Origin: Hormiphora californensis | Taxonomy: Eukaryota > Animalia > Ctenophora | Assembly (NCBI GenBank): GCA_020137815.1 | Contig: CM035354.1 | Coordinates: 8,184,001-8,248,000 of the forward strand | DNA: 64,000 bases | Direction of reading: 5' to 3' | Part shown: positions 15,106-25,465 of the stretch, piece by piece | Numbering within the stretch: position 1 is the stretch's first letter | Layout of the letters: the number at the start of each line of letters is the position of its first letter | Position numbers and translations under genes: made by a program | Notes under the pieces: model-generated | Seen by the model: only the letters and a program-made list of their open reading frames with translations | What the model was told of the DNA's origin: nothing | Database searches by the model: none

Positions 15106-15991
15106 TATAGAGAGATATATAGAGAGAGAAAAGAGAAGGAGGAAGAGAAGAAGTGAGAGAAAGATGTGAAAATAGATGGGTAGAAAAGACAAGAATAGTC
15201 AAGAACATCTGGTGCCGGAAGGTTATTTTAGAAACACAGTCCCAGGTGTGTATAGTGGGGCCGGGGAGAGAGACATGGAGAAAGGGACGAATGATCAATT
15301 TAGCGCTTTAATCTAAAGGCACTGGTCCCAGTAATCTCTATTTCTCCCAGGACCCAATGTCACTACCGGATAAACAAACACTATTATATCTTGTTGAGCC
15401 AGCCACAATATATCTTGTCACACACTTACAGGCACACTGCTGCTAAACGTTACAGAGGGGTATTATACCAACAATTAGCACACGGCACAGTCTCACCTCT
15501 CACTGTGGCAACATTTGTCCATTGCAGTCATTCAATGTGTGTAAAGGAAAGAGAGAGAAAGAGAGAGAGAGAGAGGGGGAGAGAGAGAGAGAGGGGGGGG
15601 GGGGGAGAGAGAGAGAGAGCTCTAACCACTTGCAGGCAATTGAATAATGAAAGAAGGTCATTTTAAAGCCACATAACACACAAACTGACAAATACACACA
15701 TGTTGGCACACGTTCTGTGCACACTGGTTGTTTAGCCTAGTGCTACTTGCTAGTATAACACACGGGTTGTTTAGTGGCTAACTGGTTAAAACAGCCACAT
15801 AACACACCACCCTGTCTGACGAACACAGCACAATGCAAACAGTACACTAAGTTATTAACTCACCGTGCACTCATATCGAAGTTGTTTAGAAAGTGTGCTA
15901 TCCTCATAATACTAGTGGTGATGACCTGGATCAGTTCCCTGTTGTCCCAATCAGCCTGGATCTGGTCCTGTACACTACTCGTTACTGACAT
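14913..15991 (-). CDS. BRK1: BRICK1/HSPC300, WAVE complex subunit (80 aa, 2 exons)
   Basis: Exons 15991-15864 and 15027-14913 give [67 protein letters not shown]. Absent from the ORF track. Confidence 0.95.
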
Positions 15992-16523
15992 AATGGGCTA
16001 GATAGGGATATGTGTACTGTGTTATATAGGGGGAGAGGTGAGAGGTGTGCCATTATTATAGGGGAGAGGAGAGTGGTGGGAGAGAAGACTGTGGTGCTTT
16101 GAAGAGAAAAGAGGGTGTGGGTAACACAAAAATGGACTAAAGAGTGGAGTTATGAAGAAGGAATTGATAGAGGAAGGGGGGATAGAGAGAGAGAGAAAGA
16201 AAGCGACTACTATTACTAGTATAGGATAGGCGGAGGTAGGGGATGACAATGTTATTATTGAGAGAGGAAGAGCAAAAGAGAGATAATGAGAGAGAACAAG
16301 TAAGAGAGAAAGCAGTTGAGAGACATGGACGAATAAATAGGGCCCTACCGTTAACCACACACATAACTTCTAAAGAGCTCCATCCCACTACTATACAAAC
16401 ACGCGTACACACGGACAACCCTTTCCTCTTTTTCTGTCCTCCCCTTTGTTTCTCTCTTCGTCCAAATATTTCGTGTGGGAACAATTATGCAGAAAGCGCA
16501 TACCCAACAACGAGAGTACGGGC

Positions 16524-16527
<4 letters not shown>

Positions 16528-16600
<73 letters not shown>

Positions 16601-16652
16601 GAGAGAGAGAGAGAGGGAGAGAGAGAGAGAGAGGGGGGGAGAGAGAGAGAGA
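16528..16652. repeat. (GA)n microsatellite
   Basis: Seen directly. Confidence 0.95.
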
Positions 16653-17409
16653 TAGAAAAGAAATGTGCATTGGGAAATCACGTACACATCGAGTAAAAAG
16701 AGAATCCACCTGGCGTACTGGTCATTTCAATTGGTCTCTCAAGTTTCCCTCTCTCACCTACCTCTCCTTGTCCCACACTCTCTCTCCTACCTCTCCTGGT
16801 CCCACACACCCTCTCCCTGTCCCACACACTCGCACAGAGCTTCAAGGAGTTCTAAGATAGTTCCGAACATTTGTAGCTCCCCAAGGGTCTCCTGCCACCT
16901 CTCTCTCTCTCTCTGTCCCCCTCTTCCCCTCTCTCTCTGTTCTCTCTTCCTTCCTGTCCCGATAACACATACAGCTACCTTCTAAGTTCTACAGCTCAGT
17001 AAGCCACGTACAAATATATTGTCTCGCATTTACGGAGATAAACGTGGGGCCTATATTAGATAACAAAGCGGAAGCGAGAGAACGATTTGAGAGAAGGGAG
17101 AGAATGATTTGAGAGAAGGGGAAAGATAGAAGCTGGGGTAATTATCAGGGCCACAGAAGGAAAAGAATACCACTCCGTAGGGTAGGATAAGAAAGTAATA
17201 AAGTCACAGTTTTCTTGTTTGTTAGTGAAATACAAAATTCTGTACAGTACTGACACACACATGATATATTATACACGCCATTCCTCTGAGGAAATGATCC
17301 CAAAAAACGATTATATTCTCAGCCCAGCTCACACTCACACTTTAGTTGGCAACAGAGCAGCACACACAGTAACAGACATGTTATAACATGTGAAACTATT
17401 TAACATGTT

Positions 17410-18609
17410 TCACCCTGATAGATCTACAGAGAGCTCATTAAGAAACTCCTCAATCTCCTTAACATCCTGCTCCACCTCTGTGGGATTGATAACTACAGAT
17501 CCCTGGGAGCTGTGTTCACTAAACAGTTTCAATTTGGGCACACTCGAACAGTCCCTGAAGAAGCTGCCCACATCCTCAGGCGAGTTAGAGGCGAATGGGG
17601 CGATCAACACGAAACTATCTGATGTCATGATGTCACTTTGTTGTGATGTTGAGCCCTCCCGCTGTATCTGGGAGAGTCGGGGGGAGCCTGGGAAGGTGGT
17701 GATGAGGGGTGTGGGTGTTACTGTCGTGTCTGGAGCTGCTGTGGGGGTGGCGAGGTGTCCACTGCTACCTCGTGGGTCTGGGGAGGAGGTGGGTTTCTGG
17801 GAAGTAGAAACACTGACAGAGAAGGGAAATGCTGACTCTAACAGAGACGCAAAGGGGGTCTCCTCGACTGTATTAGCTGAGGTAGTGCCTGCTAGGAAAC
17901 CAGTTGTATCTGCAAAGGGACAGAACGGTAGAGAATCGTCAGCAGGTAAGGGAGGAAGGGTTGGTTCTGGAGGGGGTAGCGATGAGATCTCCTCAAGTCG
18001 AGGGGGCGTTACAACCCGGGTCATCTCCAGACTGGTCCGATAGAACACATTAGCAGTAAGAGTGCCGTTAGGTGACCCAACCGCCCCAATCCTAACACTC
18101 CGTACCGTCTCACCAAGAACCCCAATATCCGGCTCCCCATGGGTTATGGTATATGAAATGTTAAAAAATCCCCCTGTAGTTTGTTTCCTAGTTAGCCGGT
18201 AGGTGGGCGTGGCCCGGGACGCAACAATTACACTCCGCAGTAGGAGACACAGTGCATTATACACTGTGAACGTTACCTTGACGTTCTCAAACCGGCGCTC
18301 TAAACAAAACGTCCAAATCTCAAGTGTCATTGTCTCGTGCTCATCCGAGTGGAGCAGGATGGTGAGAGTGAGGGTTTTACCTGACAACACACTGGGAACA
18401 TTGACACTCTGTTTACATTTCTCCATCAGTACAGGGTTATCAGGGAGGGTGATATTAAACCAACTGGGGTTACCAGGCCGGGAGGGGGAGATGTGAGCAG
18501 CACCATGGCGAGACCCAACTATAGTCTGTATTGATCTGTAGCAGAACTGTTTAATGTAAACTTCTAGATCTCTTTTATCCTTAGTGTTGAGAGGGAACGG
18601 CTTACTCAT
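17410..18609 (-). CDS. ATG13: Autophagy-related protein 13, intronless
   Basis: N-terminal HORMA domain (QTIVGSR, WFNI, LEIW, LLRSVIVASRATPTYRL), Ser/Pro-rich middle, LIR-like DSFVLI followed by APFA, acidic C-terminus. Confidence 0.92.
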   Translation of the reverse strand: MSKPFPLNTKDKRDLEVYIKQFCYRSIQTIVGSRHGAAHISPSRPGNPSWFNITLPDNPVLMEKCKQSVNVPSVLSGKTLTLTILLHSDEHETMTLEIWTFCLERRFENVKVTFTVYNALCLLLRSVIVASRATPTYRLTRKQTTGGFFNISYTITHGEPDIGVLGETVRSVRIGAVGSPNGTLTANVFYRTSLEMTRVVTPPRLEEISSLPPPEPTLPPLPADDSLPFCPFADTTGFLAGTTSANTVEETPFASLLESAFPFSVSVSTSQKPTSSPDPRGSSGHLATPTAAPDTTVTPTPLITTFPGSPRLSQIQREGSTSQQSDIMTSDSFVLIAPFASNSPEDVGSFFRDCSSVPKLKLFSEHSSQGSVVINPTEVEQDVKEIEEFLNELSVDLSG

Positions 18610-18901
18610 CTGCTATATTCACCAAGCCACAGTGTGTGTTAGCTAGGAGGAGGGAACATAGTGTTTTACATATCTCTCTCTCCTATAGGGGGATATTATA
18701 TGTGCTGTTAGGTTTGAATATTGAGGCATCATGTGCTTATATAAAGTGTGGGTTGTTAAGGGAGGCAGCCCACAGCTGTAAACAAAGCAGAGTAAAACAC
18801 AAGCCTATCTTTCTAACTGGGAGTGAGTCAAAAAACCAACAAATGATATATGTGGTGTAAAAGAATAAATTTAAACAGATAAAAGAAGGTCATCAAAAAT
18901 A

Positions 18902-20635
18902 TTACAAATACTTGGTATAATAAAGTTGCTGTTTCAGAGTTCTACGCAGTCTAAAATCATACACTCCCCTACAAAAATAGATAGAGTCCATCTGAACACC
19001 TGATACTGGCACCACCTCCTCCCTCCACTGGTGTACATCAGGGACTATTGAGGGAGCTATCGTCTTCCCTCCAGCCACCTTGTGTGAGTAGTACCTGCAG
19101 TACTCAGGGTAACTCAACACATACACCTTGCCCTGGATTGTAGCCACACTATTATCATCAGTGTGTTTTGAGAGATACAGCTCGTGAGCACCGTATGGAG
19201 TTCTGATATTCTCCAGGTCTCCAGGCCGATAGAACCAGCACATAGTCACCATCATCTCACCGAGGTTATCCTGCCACATTGCCACTATCTTACCAACAAA
19301 TGGCCGCTCCCCCGTGGCACCACCTGTTTTTAGTGCAACACTATCCCCCACTCTCAATTCCACACCTCCCCTTTCCATGGCACTGAAAAACAGCCGAGTT
19401 GTTCGGACTGAGGTAGCAGTGACAAATGAAACACAGTCGATATGAGATCCTATCCACTTCCAACCGTTAGTTTTAACCCGTTCATTACACGCCAGGATCA
19501 TTGACTCATGTTCTCTGAGAGACTGGGGTGAGTTGTTCAGCTTGGTCGCACACCCCTGGTGCACGAATTCTACCCGCTGTGAAAATGAAGTACTGATTCT
19601 TATCTTAAAGAAGTTATCAGGAGCTTTAGAGGTTCCACTGTTGCCTGTTATTGACGTCAGAGCCTTCTTAGAACATCGCTTATTCGCAGTAAGCTCAGGT
19701 TTTATAAGGGCTGATAGCACTGCCTTGCAATTCAGGCTAGCTGTCCTGCCACGTCGCTTGGGTGTCAAGGAGGGGGAACTGGGCCGGGAGTTAGAGACGG
19801 GCTGCTGGATATTTAGAGTTCCCAGAATTGGGGCTGAAATCTCGTCATCCTCCTCCTTCTTACGAACAGGAAGGAGGGACAATCTCATCCTTTTACCTGC
19901 CCGTTTAGTCGGTGGGGTAGAGGGAGGCCGAGCCGGTTTTGTGTAAGGAGGCCGAACTAGTTTCGCAGAAGGTGGCCGGCCAGGTTTAGCGGGTTTTAGG
20001 GAAACTGGACGGGTGGGTTTTATTACCATGGGTCGAGAATCAAGAGGGGCAGGAGCAGAGGCACGTTTTGGGCCCGGTTTAGAAGATGCAGGTTTAGGAG
20101 GCACCGGTGTGAGGGAGACGTTATTGCGCGTCTTCATGGAGTTTCTAGTCACGATTTTATTAGGTGTAGGAACCATTCTCATTTTCTTCCCCTTTTTCTT
20201 CTCATCAGGGGACTTCTTCCAATCAAACGAATACCTAGCCCCACTTCTAGTGCAGATGGTCTCCGGTTCTGATTGGAATTTAGGTAGTTTTGCCTTCTCT
20301 ACCCTCTCCTTCTGCTCTCTCTCCTCAGGAGTGGTCTCATCACTCTCTTCCCCACTACTACTAACAGAGTCCTCTCTAACACTACCACTACTGGTGCTAA
20401 CAGCAGGGGCTGCTATTGCCCGGCCTGATCTCAATATGTGGGGCATCTGTCGGGAGGCTGCCCTAACAGTATCTTGCTCACTATCTCGCAGTTTCTCATT
20501 CACATTACTGATGATGTCCTTGTCGGCATTAAAATCATCAGGGTTCAGGCCCTGAGGGAAGTTATGCATCAACCAGAACACATCCTGCTGCTGTTTCTTT
20601 GCCACCCGCTTACTTTTCCGAGGCGAGGTTGACAT
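18902..20635 (-). CDS. BAH-domain chromatin protein (BAHD1/BAHCC1-like), intronless
   Basis: C-terminal BAH domain (LRVGDSV..PFVGKIVAMW..WFYRP..ELYLSKHTDDNSVATIQGK.YVL..YC..YFCRGVYD) after a long basic low-complexity N-terminus. Confidence 0.88.
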   Translation of the reverse strand: MSTSPRKSKRVAKKQQQDVFWLMHNFPQGLNPDDFNADKDIISNVNEKLRDSEQDTVRAASRQMPHILRSGRAIAAPAVSTSSGSVREDSVSSSGEESDETTPEEREQKERVEKAKLPKFQSEPETICTRSGARYSFDWKKSPDEKKKGKKMRMVPTPNKIVTRNSMKTRNNVSLTPVPPKPASSKPGPKRASAPAPLDSRPMVIKPTRPVSLKPAKPGRPPSAKLVRPPYTKPARPPSTPPTKRAGKRMRLSLLPVRKKEEDDEISAPILGTLNIQQPVSNSRPSSPSLTPKRRGRTASLNCKAVLSALIKPELTANKRCSKKALTSITGNSGTSKAPDNFFKIRISTSFSQRVEFVHQGCATKLNNSPQSLREHESMILACNERVKTNGWKWIGSHIDCVSFVTATSVRTTRLFFSAMERGGVELRVGDSVALKTGGATGERPFVGKIVAMWQDNLGEMMVTMCWFYRPGDLENIRTPYGAHELYLSKHTDDNSVATIQGKVYVLSYPEYCRYYSHKVAGGKTIAPSIVPDVHQWREEVVPVSGVQMDSIYFCRGVYDFRLRRTLKQQLYYTKYL

Positions 20636-20937
20636 GTGGTGCCTGGTAGAAATGGGAGTGGTATTTGTTTAAAACTGGGAAACAAAGAGAACACATTTCA
20701 TACAGTGTGTAATATTAAAACACTTGAACACTGTCATATCATACAAAACATGTTTCTCTCTCACACTCTCGGATATTAAATAACTTACTAAAACGTAAAA
20801 AAATGTCTCTGCCATCCCTCAAAAAGTGAGACACCGCTTTAAAGACATCATCAGAAGACCGTTCTAGATCCCTTCTTCTTCCTACATAGAGCAGGGTCAC
20901 CTTGCTCTATAACAACTTGAGAGAATTCATCCTCTCT

Positions 20938-21096
20938 TTATACATTGAACCCAGCAGCCCTCATACACGCCTTGTGGGCCTCTATCAGATCGGCACACTC
21001 CTCTTCTCCATTCAGCAGTATACACTCTCCCATCGCAGCTCTAGTGTCTGGGCAGGCACAGCACGGCTTGCACTGCTCTTTCTTCTCCTCTGTCAT
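20938..21096 (-). CDS. COX17: Cytochrome c oxidase copper chaperone (52 aa)
   Basis: MTEEKKEQCKPCCACPDTRAAMGECILLNGEEECADLIEAHKACMRAAGFNV*: KPCCACP plus twin CX9C. Below the ORF-track length cutoff. Confidence 0.95.
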   Translation of the reverse strand: MTEEKKEQCKPCCACPDTRAAMGECILLNGEEECADLIEAHKACMRAAGFNV

Positions 21097-21594
21097 GATG
21101 GTGCTAGAGAATAGAGGGAGGGTCAGAATTGGTTATGCTAAAGAGGGGAGGAGGGGGTTTCTGAGAAGTGAAGCACTGAGAAAAGGGGAGGGAGGGAGGG
21201 AGAGTAACAACACAGTGAGTGAAATTTTAAAAGGTCCATTTATATTCAAAAAGAGAACAACGCCCGCGTAACATGGCTATAAAATTGAGCAACCAAAGCT
21301 TGTCGCTCAAAAAAGAAATCATGATCTAAAATTATTCGTCATTCTTCAAAAACAAAATAAATAAGTGGCAAGAATTTTCATATCTCTAAAAAAGGAGAGG
21401 GTATATGACCCAGTCATATATTATCGTTGCACGAGTAGCTCTCTGTAACAAAGTTAATCTCGTTGCTCGTGCTCATTTGATACACATTTATCTCCATGCA
21501 CATCACACATCTCTACATATATAACGTCAAAATCACGACTCACTATTGTAGTGAAACAAACTCATCAGATTGTCTATTTTAGAGGGAACACCCT

Positions 21595-22443
21595 TTACAC
21601 TCCCATTTTCTCCATCTGTCCAGAGATCTCGTCCACATCTGCAGTTTTGTCCTCTGATACGGGCTCAACAGCCACTGGTACTTCTGTTGATTCTACGGCG
21701 GGGGCAGATTCTTCAGCGACGGGTTCGGCAACTTCTTCAGCGACGGGGGCATACTCTTCAGCGACGGATTCGACAACTTCAGCGACGGGTTCGGCAACTT
21801 CTTCAGCGACGGGTTCGACAACTTCAGCGACGGGTTCGACAACTTCAGCGACGGGTTCGGCAACTTCAGCGACGGGTTCGGCAACTTCAGCGACGGGTTC
21901 GGTAACTTCAGCGACGGGTTCGGTAACTTCAGCGACGGGTTCGGCAACTTCAGCGACGGGTTCGACAACTTCAGCGACGGGTTCGACAACTTCGGCGACG
22001 GGTTCGGCAACTTCAGCGACGGGTTCGACAACTTCAGCGACGGGTTCGGCAACTTCGGCGACGGGTTCGGCAACTTCAGCGACAGGGGCGGCAACTTCAG
22101 CCTCAGGCTCAGCAACAGTCTCAGGGACAACTTCCTCTACCGGTGCTACTGGTTCCTCGACTGGAGCAGCGACTTCCTCTACGGGAGCAGCCTCAGGTTC
22201 AGCAGGGGCAGCCTCTTCAACAGGTGCTGGTTCCTCAGCAGCGGGAGCAGCTTCTTCCACCGGGGCAGCAGGCTCATCAACGGCAGCAGGCTCCTCAGCG
22301 GCAGCAGGCTCAACAGGGGCGGCTGCCTCTGGCTCAGCAGCAGCAGGGGCCTCTTCGGCTGCAGGTGCAGCTTCCGGAGCAGGTTCCGCTGGTGTGGCTT
22401 CAGGCTTGGTCTCAGCGGCCTTCTTTGAGTTGTTGCCTCCCAT
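21595..22443 (-). CDS. N-myristoylated acidic Ala/Glu/Pro/Val repeat protein (BASP1/MARCKS-like composition)
   Basis: MGGNNSKK fits MGxxxS. About 17 tandem 21-24-nt units encode (EPVAEVA/V)n. Acceptor ttgtag lies 13 nt before the ATG. Confidence 0.75.
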   Translation of the reverse strand: MGGNNSKKAAETKPEATPAEPAPEAAPAAEEAPAAAEPEAAAPVEPAAAEEPAAVDEPAAPVEEAAPAAEEPAPVEEAAPAEPEAAPVEEVAAPVEEPVAPVEEVVPETVAEPEAEVAAPVAEVAEPVAEVAEPVAEVVEPVAEVAEPVAEVVEPVAEVVEPVAEVAEPVAEVTEPVAEVTEPVAEVAEPVAEVAEPVAEVVEPVAEVVEPVAEEVAEPVAEVVESVAEEYAPVAEEVAEPVAEESAPAVESTEVPVAVEPVSEDKTADVDEISGQMEKMGV

Positions 22444-22678
22444 GGTTTCTTAGTTGCTACAAGAGGAAAAACGTAATGTAAAGTGCGAAAAGTGGATTTG
22501 AGAGATTTTGGAACTCGGGCAGTTTTCACTCGAGCAAGAATTGAGCTTGACAGAAACAAAAAACTCTGCGCGGCGTAAATAAGCAACACAGTTTGGCATT
22601 TACTTCCCGCGTGCGCTTGAAATGACACCGCGGCGGCGTTGAAAAGACTTTTTTAACGAGTTTTCGTTATTAATATAA

Positions 22679-24074
22679 GGAACCATAATAAAGTTCAAGA
22701 GCCTCCAAGAGGGGCGCGATTAAAGTCGAATTTTTTAATCAAGGGACAGGGGGCCGCGCATTCAGAGAGGTCGCGCGGCGTTGTATTTGCGCGTGACAAC
22801 CGAGATCAAGTTCCTGGCAATCTTAAGACTTGAACCCGAAAGCGTTGGAAAGATAATTTTAAGACCTTTTCAACGCAACCAAGATCAAGTCTTTATCTTA
22901 TCAGGAAGAGGAGATATGAGCGAAAACATTTAGCACGCGCAAAAAGACTTTGTAAATGCGCGGCCCCCTGTCCCTTGATTAAAAAATTCGACTATAAAGT
23001 CCATTTTTATTCAACTGTTCACCCCTCAACTCTTGCGCGTGCGATATTTTAATTTACGCTGCGCGCGCTACACGTTAACATGTGATAAACGCGCAAAACA
23101 ATTCCGCGCACGACTTTGGGGGGTGAACAGTTGAAAAAAAATGGACATTATAATCTGGGTGCCTTGCAGCGTGTTTACAGGTGCGCGCTGCCAAAAAAGT
23201 ACACCTAAAACCACTTAGACCGACTTTTTTCAAACGGCTATAGCCACGCAACCACATGGCCAATTTGAGTAAACTAAACGGTAACTGATAGAGAATCGAT
23301 AGCCCTAACCGATAACCCCATACCAAACCCTAACCCGACCCTAACAACAGCCCTAACCCGTCGCGCGCGCTAAAATCGATGAATTGTTAGCAATGCAAGG
23401 CACCCAGATTTTAACGTTTTCCCTCCAAGAGCACCCAAGAGCGCACCCGATCGAAGAGAGACCACACCTGAGAGCGCACCACACCCAAAAGAGACCACAT
23501 CCAAGAGCGCACCACCTCCAGAAGACACCATTTCAAAAGCGCACCACATCAAAGAGAGCTCCCCATCCAGAAGATACCACGCGCAGGGGACACCACGCGC
23601 AGAAGAGACCAGCGCGGCGTTGTATTTGCGCGTGCGGTCTCTTCTGCGCGTGGTGTCCCCTGCGCGCGGTATCTTCTGGATGGGGAGCTCTCTTAGGGAT
23701 CCCTAAAAAAGTTCAGTATTTACACAGCGTTTACACAGTCTTTACACAGTCGTTACACCCAGAGCGCCCGCGCCGCTTTGGGTGTAAAGACTGCGTCTTT
23801 CGCACTCGATTTGCAGCGTTTTCGGAAACTTTTTTCGCCGCAGCGCTCAGTTTACTCAATTGTGCAGCACACAATCCAATATTTTCTTAGAAAAAGCGGC
23901 AAAACGCAGCACGCGCCGCTCTGGGTGTAACGACTGTGTAAAGACTGTGTAAACGCTGTGTAAATACTGAACTTTTTTAGGGATCCCTTTTGATGTGGTG
24001 CGCTCTTGGAGTGGTGTCTTTTGGAGGTGGTACGCTCTTGGATAGGGTGCGCTCTTGAACTTTATTATGGTTCC
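22679..24074. mobile_element. Outer TIR element of a nested MITE cluster
   Basis: TIR GGAACCATAATAAAGTTCAAGAGC at both ends and mirrored GAGCGCACCAC sub-repeats. It contains further TIR elements at 22724-22993 (TTAA/ATAA-flanked), 22998-23147 and 23695-23988. Confidence 0.8.
23152..23421 (+). mobile_element. Dispersed element with ATCTGGGTG/CACCCAGAT subterminal IRs and CCCTAA motifs (Helentron/HINE-like), copy 1
   Basis: Near-identical copy at 24446-24719 and a related copy at 24726-24958. All end CACCCAGATTTTAACG. Confidence 0.6.
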
Positions 24075-24077
24075 TTA

Positions 24078-24294
24078 TCGGATTTTTTGAAACTGTCACC
24101 CCCTGGGTATTTTCAAATTTCGTAAATGACCATAAATCCGGTTCCTGACGAGATAGAGACTTGAAATTTGGAGGTTACGAAGATCTTGCTAAGTTCTTCC
24201 GAACCTCCAAATTTCAAGTCTCTATCTTATCAGGAACCGGAGATATGACAAATTTTGCTATTTCAGGGGGATGACAGTTTCAAAAAATCCGACT
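24078..24294. mobile_element. Short fold-back MITE ending ...CCGACT|TTAA
   Basis: TCGGATTTTTTGAAACTGTCA / TGACAGTTTCAAAAAATCCGA arms plus an internal palindrome at about 24137-24241. Confidence 0.7.
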
Positions 24295-24445
24295 TTAAAA
24301 TCTTTTTTCTTGTTCTTGACTACTTTGAAGTTTTCAAAAACCTTTTTTGCCTTTTTTCTTGTTCTTGAAAAGCGCTGCGGATCAGCAGCGTTTGCCAATT
24401 CTTGTTCCTGCGATCACTGCTCGTTCACTGTGGGCGCCGTTACGA

Positions 24446-24958
24446 TTGCAGCGTGTTTACAGGTGCGTGCTACCAAAAAAGTACACCTTAAAGTTAAAAC
24501 CACTTAGACCAACTTTTTTCAAACGGCTATAGCCGCGCAAGCACATGACCGATTTTAGTAAACTAAACGGTATCTGATAGAGAATCGATAGCCCTAAACC
24601 GATAACCCCAAATAAAACCCTAACCCGACCCTAACAACAGCCCTAACGGCTAACCCGTCTCGACCGCCAAAATCGATGAATTGTTAGCAATGGAAGGCAC
24701 CCAGATTTTAACGTTTTCCGTTACGATCTGGGTGTTTCGTGGCCTGTTTACAGGTGCGTGCTGCCAAAAAAGTTGATTCACTAAAATGGCTCTAACCGCC
24801 GAACCACTCAATCGTTTTGGCTAATTCAAAGTTTATCAGGTAGGGAATCTCAAGGCCTAAGTTAGGCCGCCTAACCCCAACCCTAACCCTAACCCTACTT
24901 TAGCCCTAACCCTAAAAAACCGTTTGTCAGCACTCACGAAACACCCAGATTTTAACGC
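24446..24958 (+). mobile_element. Two tandem copies of the CCCTAA-containing Helentron-like element
   Basis: Homologous to 23152-23421. (AACCCT)n at about 24870-24915. Confidence 0.6.
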
Positions 24959-25465
24959 TGGCCGTTCACTGTTCAGTGGCCTGTCCATTGCTCTAATTTC
25001 CCTAAGTTTTATGCGTACGGAAACTGGGACCGTCTAGGGCTTCAGTACACCCTACGATCACGGAACCGCATAAGAAGTAAAGGCTGGTTGAGCGCTCTGG
25101 CGTTATAATCCTCTGCTTTTGCGTTTATCTCTTAACTATTTGAGTGGGGTATCAAATGTAATTATTTAATTGAATTGATTATTGAACCAGTGGGCAGTGG
25201 ACATGATTACGGCCTGGATTTTTGAAGTTGAACAGAATGAGTGTCCATGTTGAGCCTGCAGGCTGCCATTTTTGTTAGCAGTTATGGAAATATCCCCTTT
25301 AATATTAGCATCGCAGTATGCTCTTGTTTCTATATCAAACATGATCTTCCAGTGTCCACCCATAATATGAATAAAAAAGACAGTCCTTGTTATGTAGTGT
25401 CAATAATAATAACAATAATAATAGTATGTATCTTCGTTCCTTTATCTGGATTCACTGCAGCTTTT

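Noticed and set aside
21551-22453. Plus-strand 300-aa Ser/Ala/Thr/Gly ORF resembling an antifreeze or mucin protein
   Set aside because: Antisense shadow of the minus-strand acidic protein, which has the ATG, acceptor and myristoylation motif.
24870-24915. (CCCTAA)n as an interstitial telomere or chromosome fusion
   Set aside because: Short, degenerate and embedded in a repeated dispersed element.
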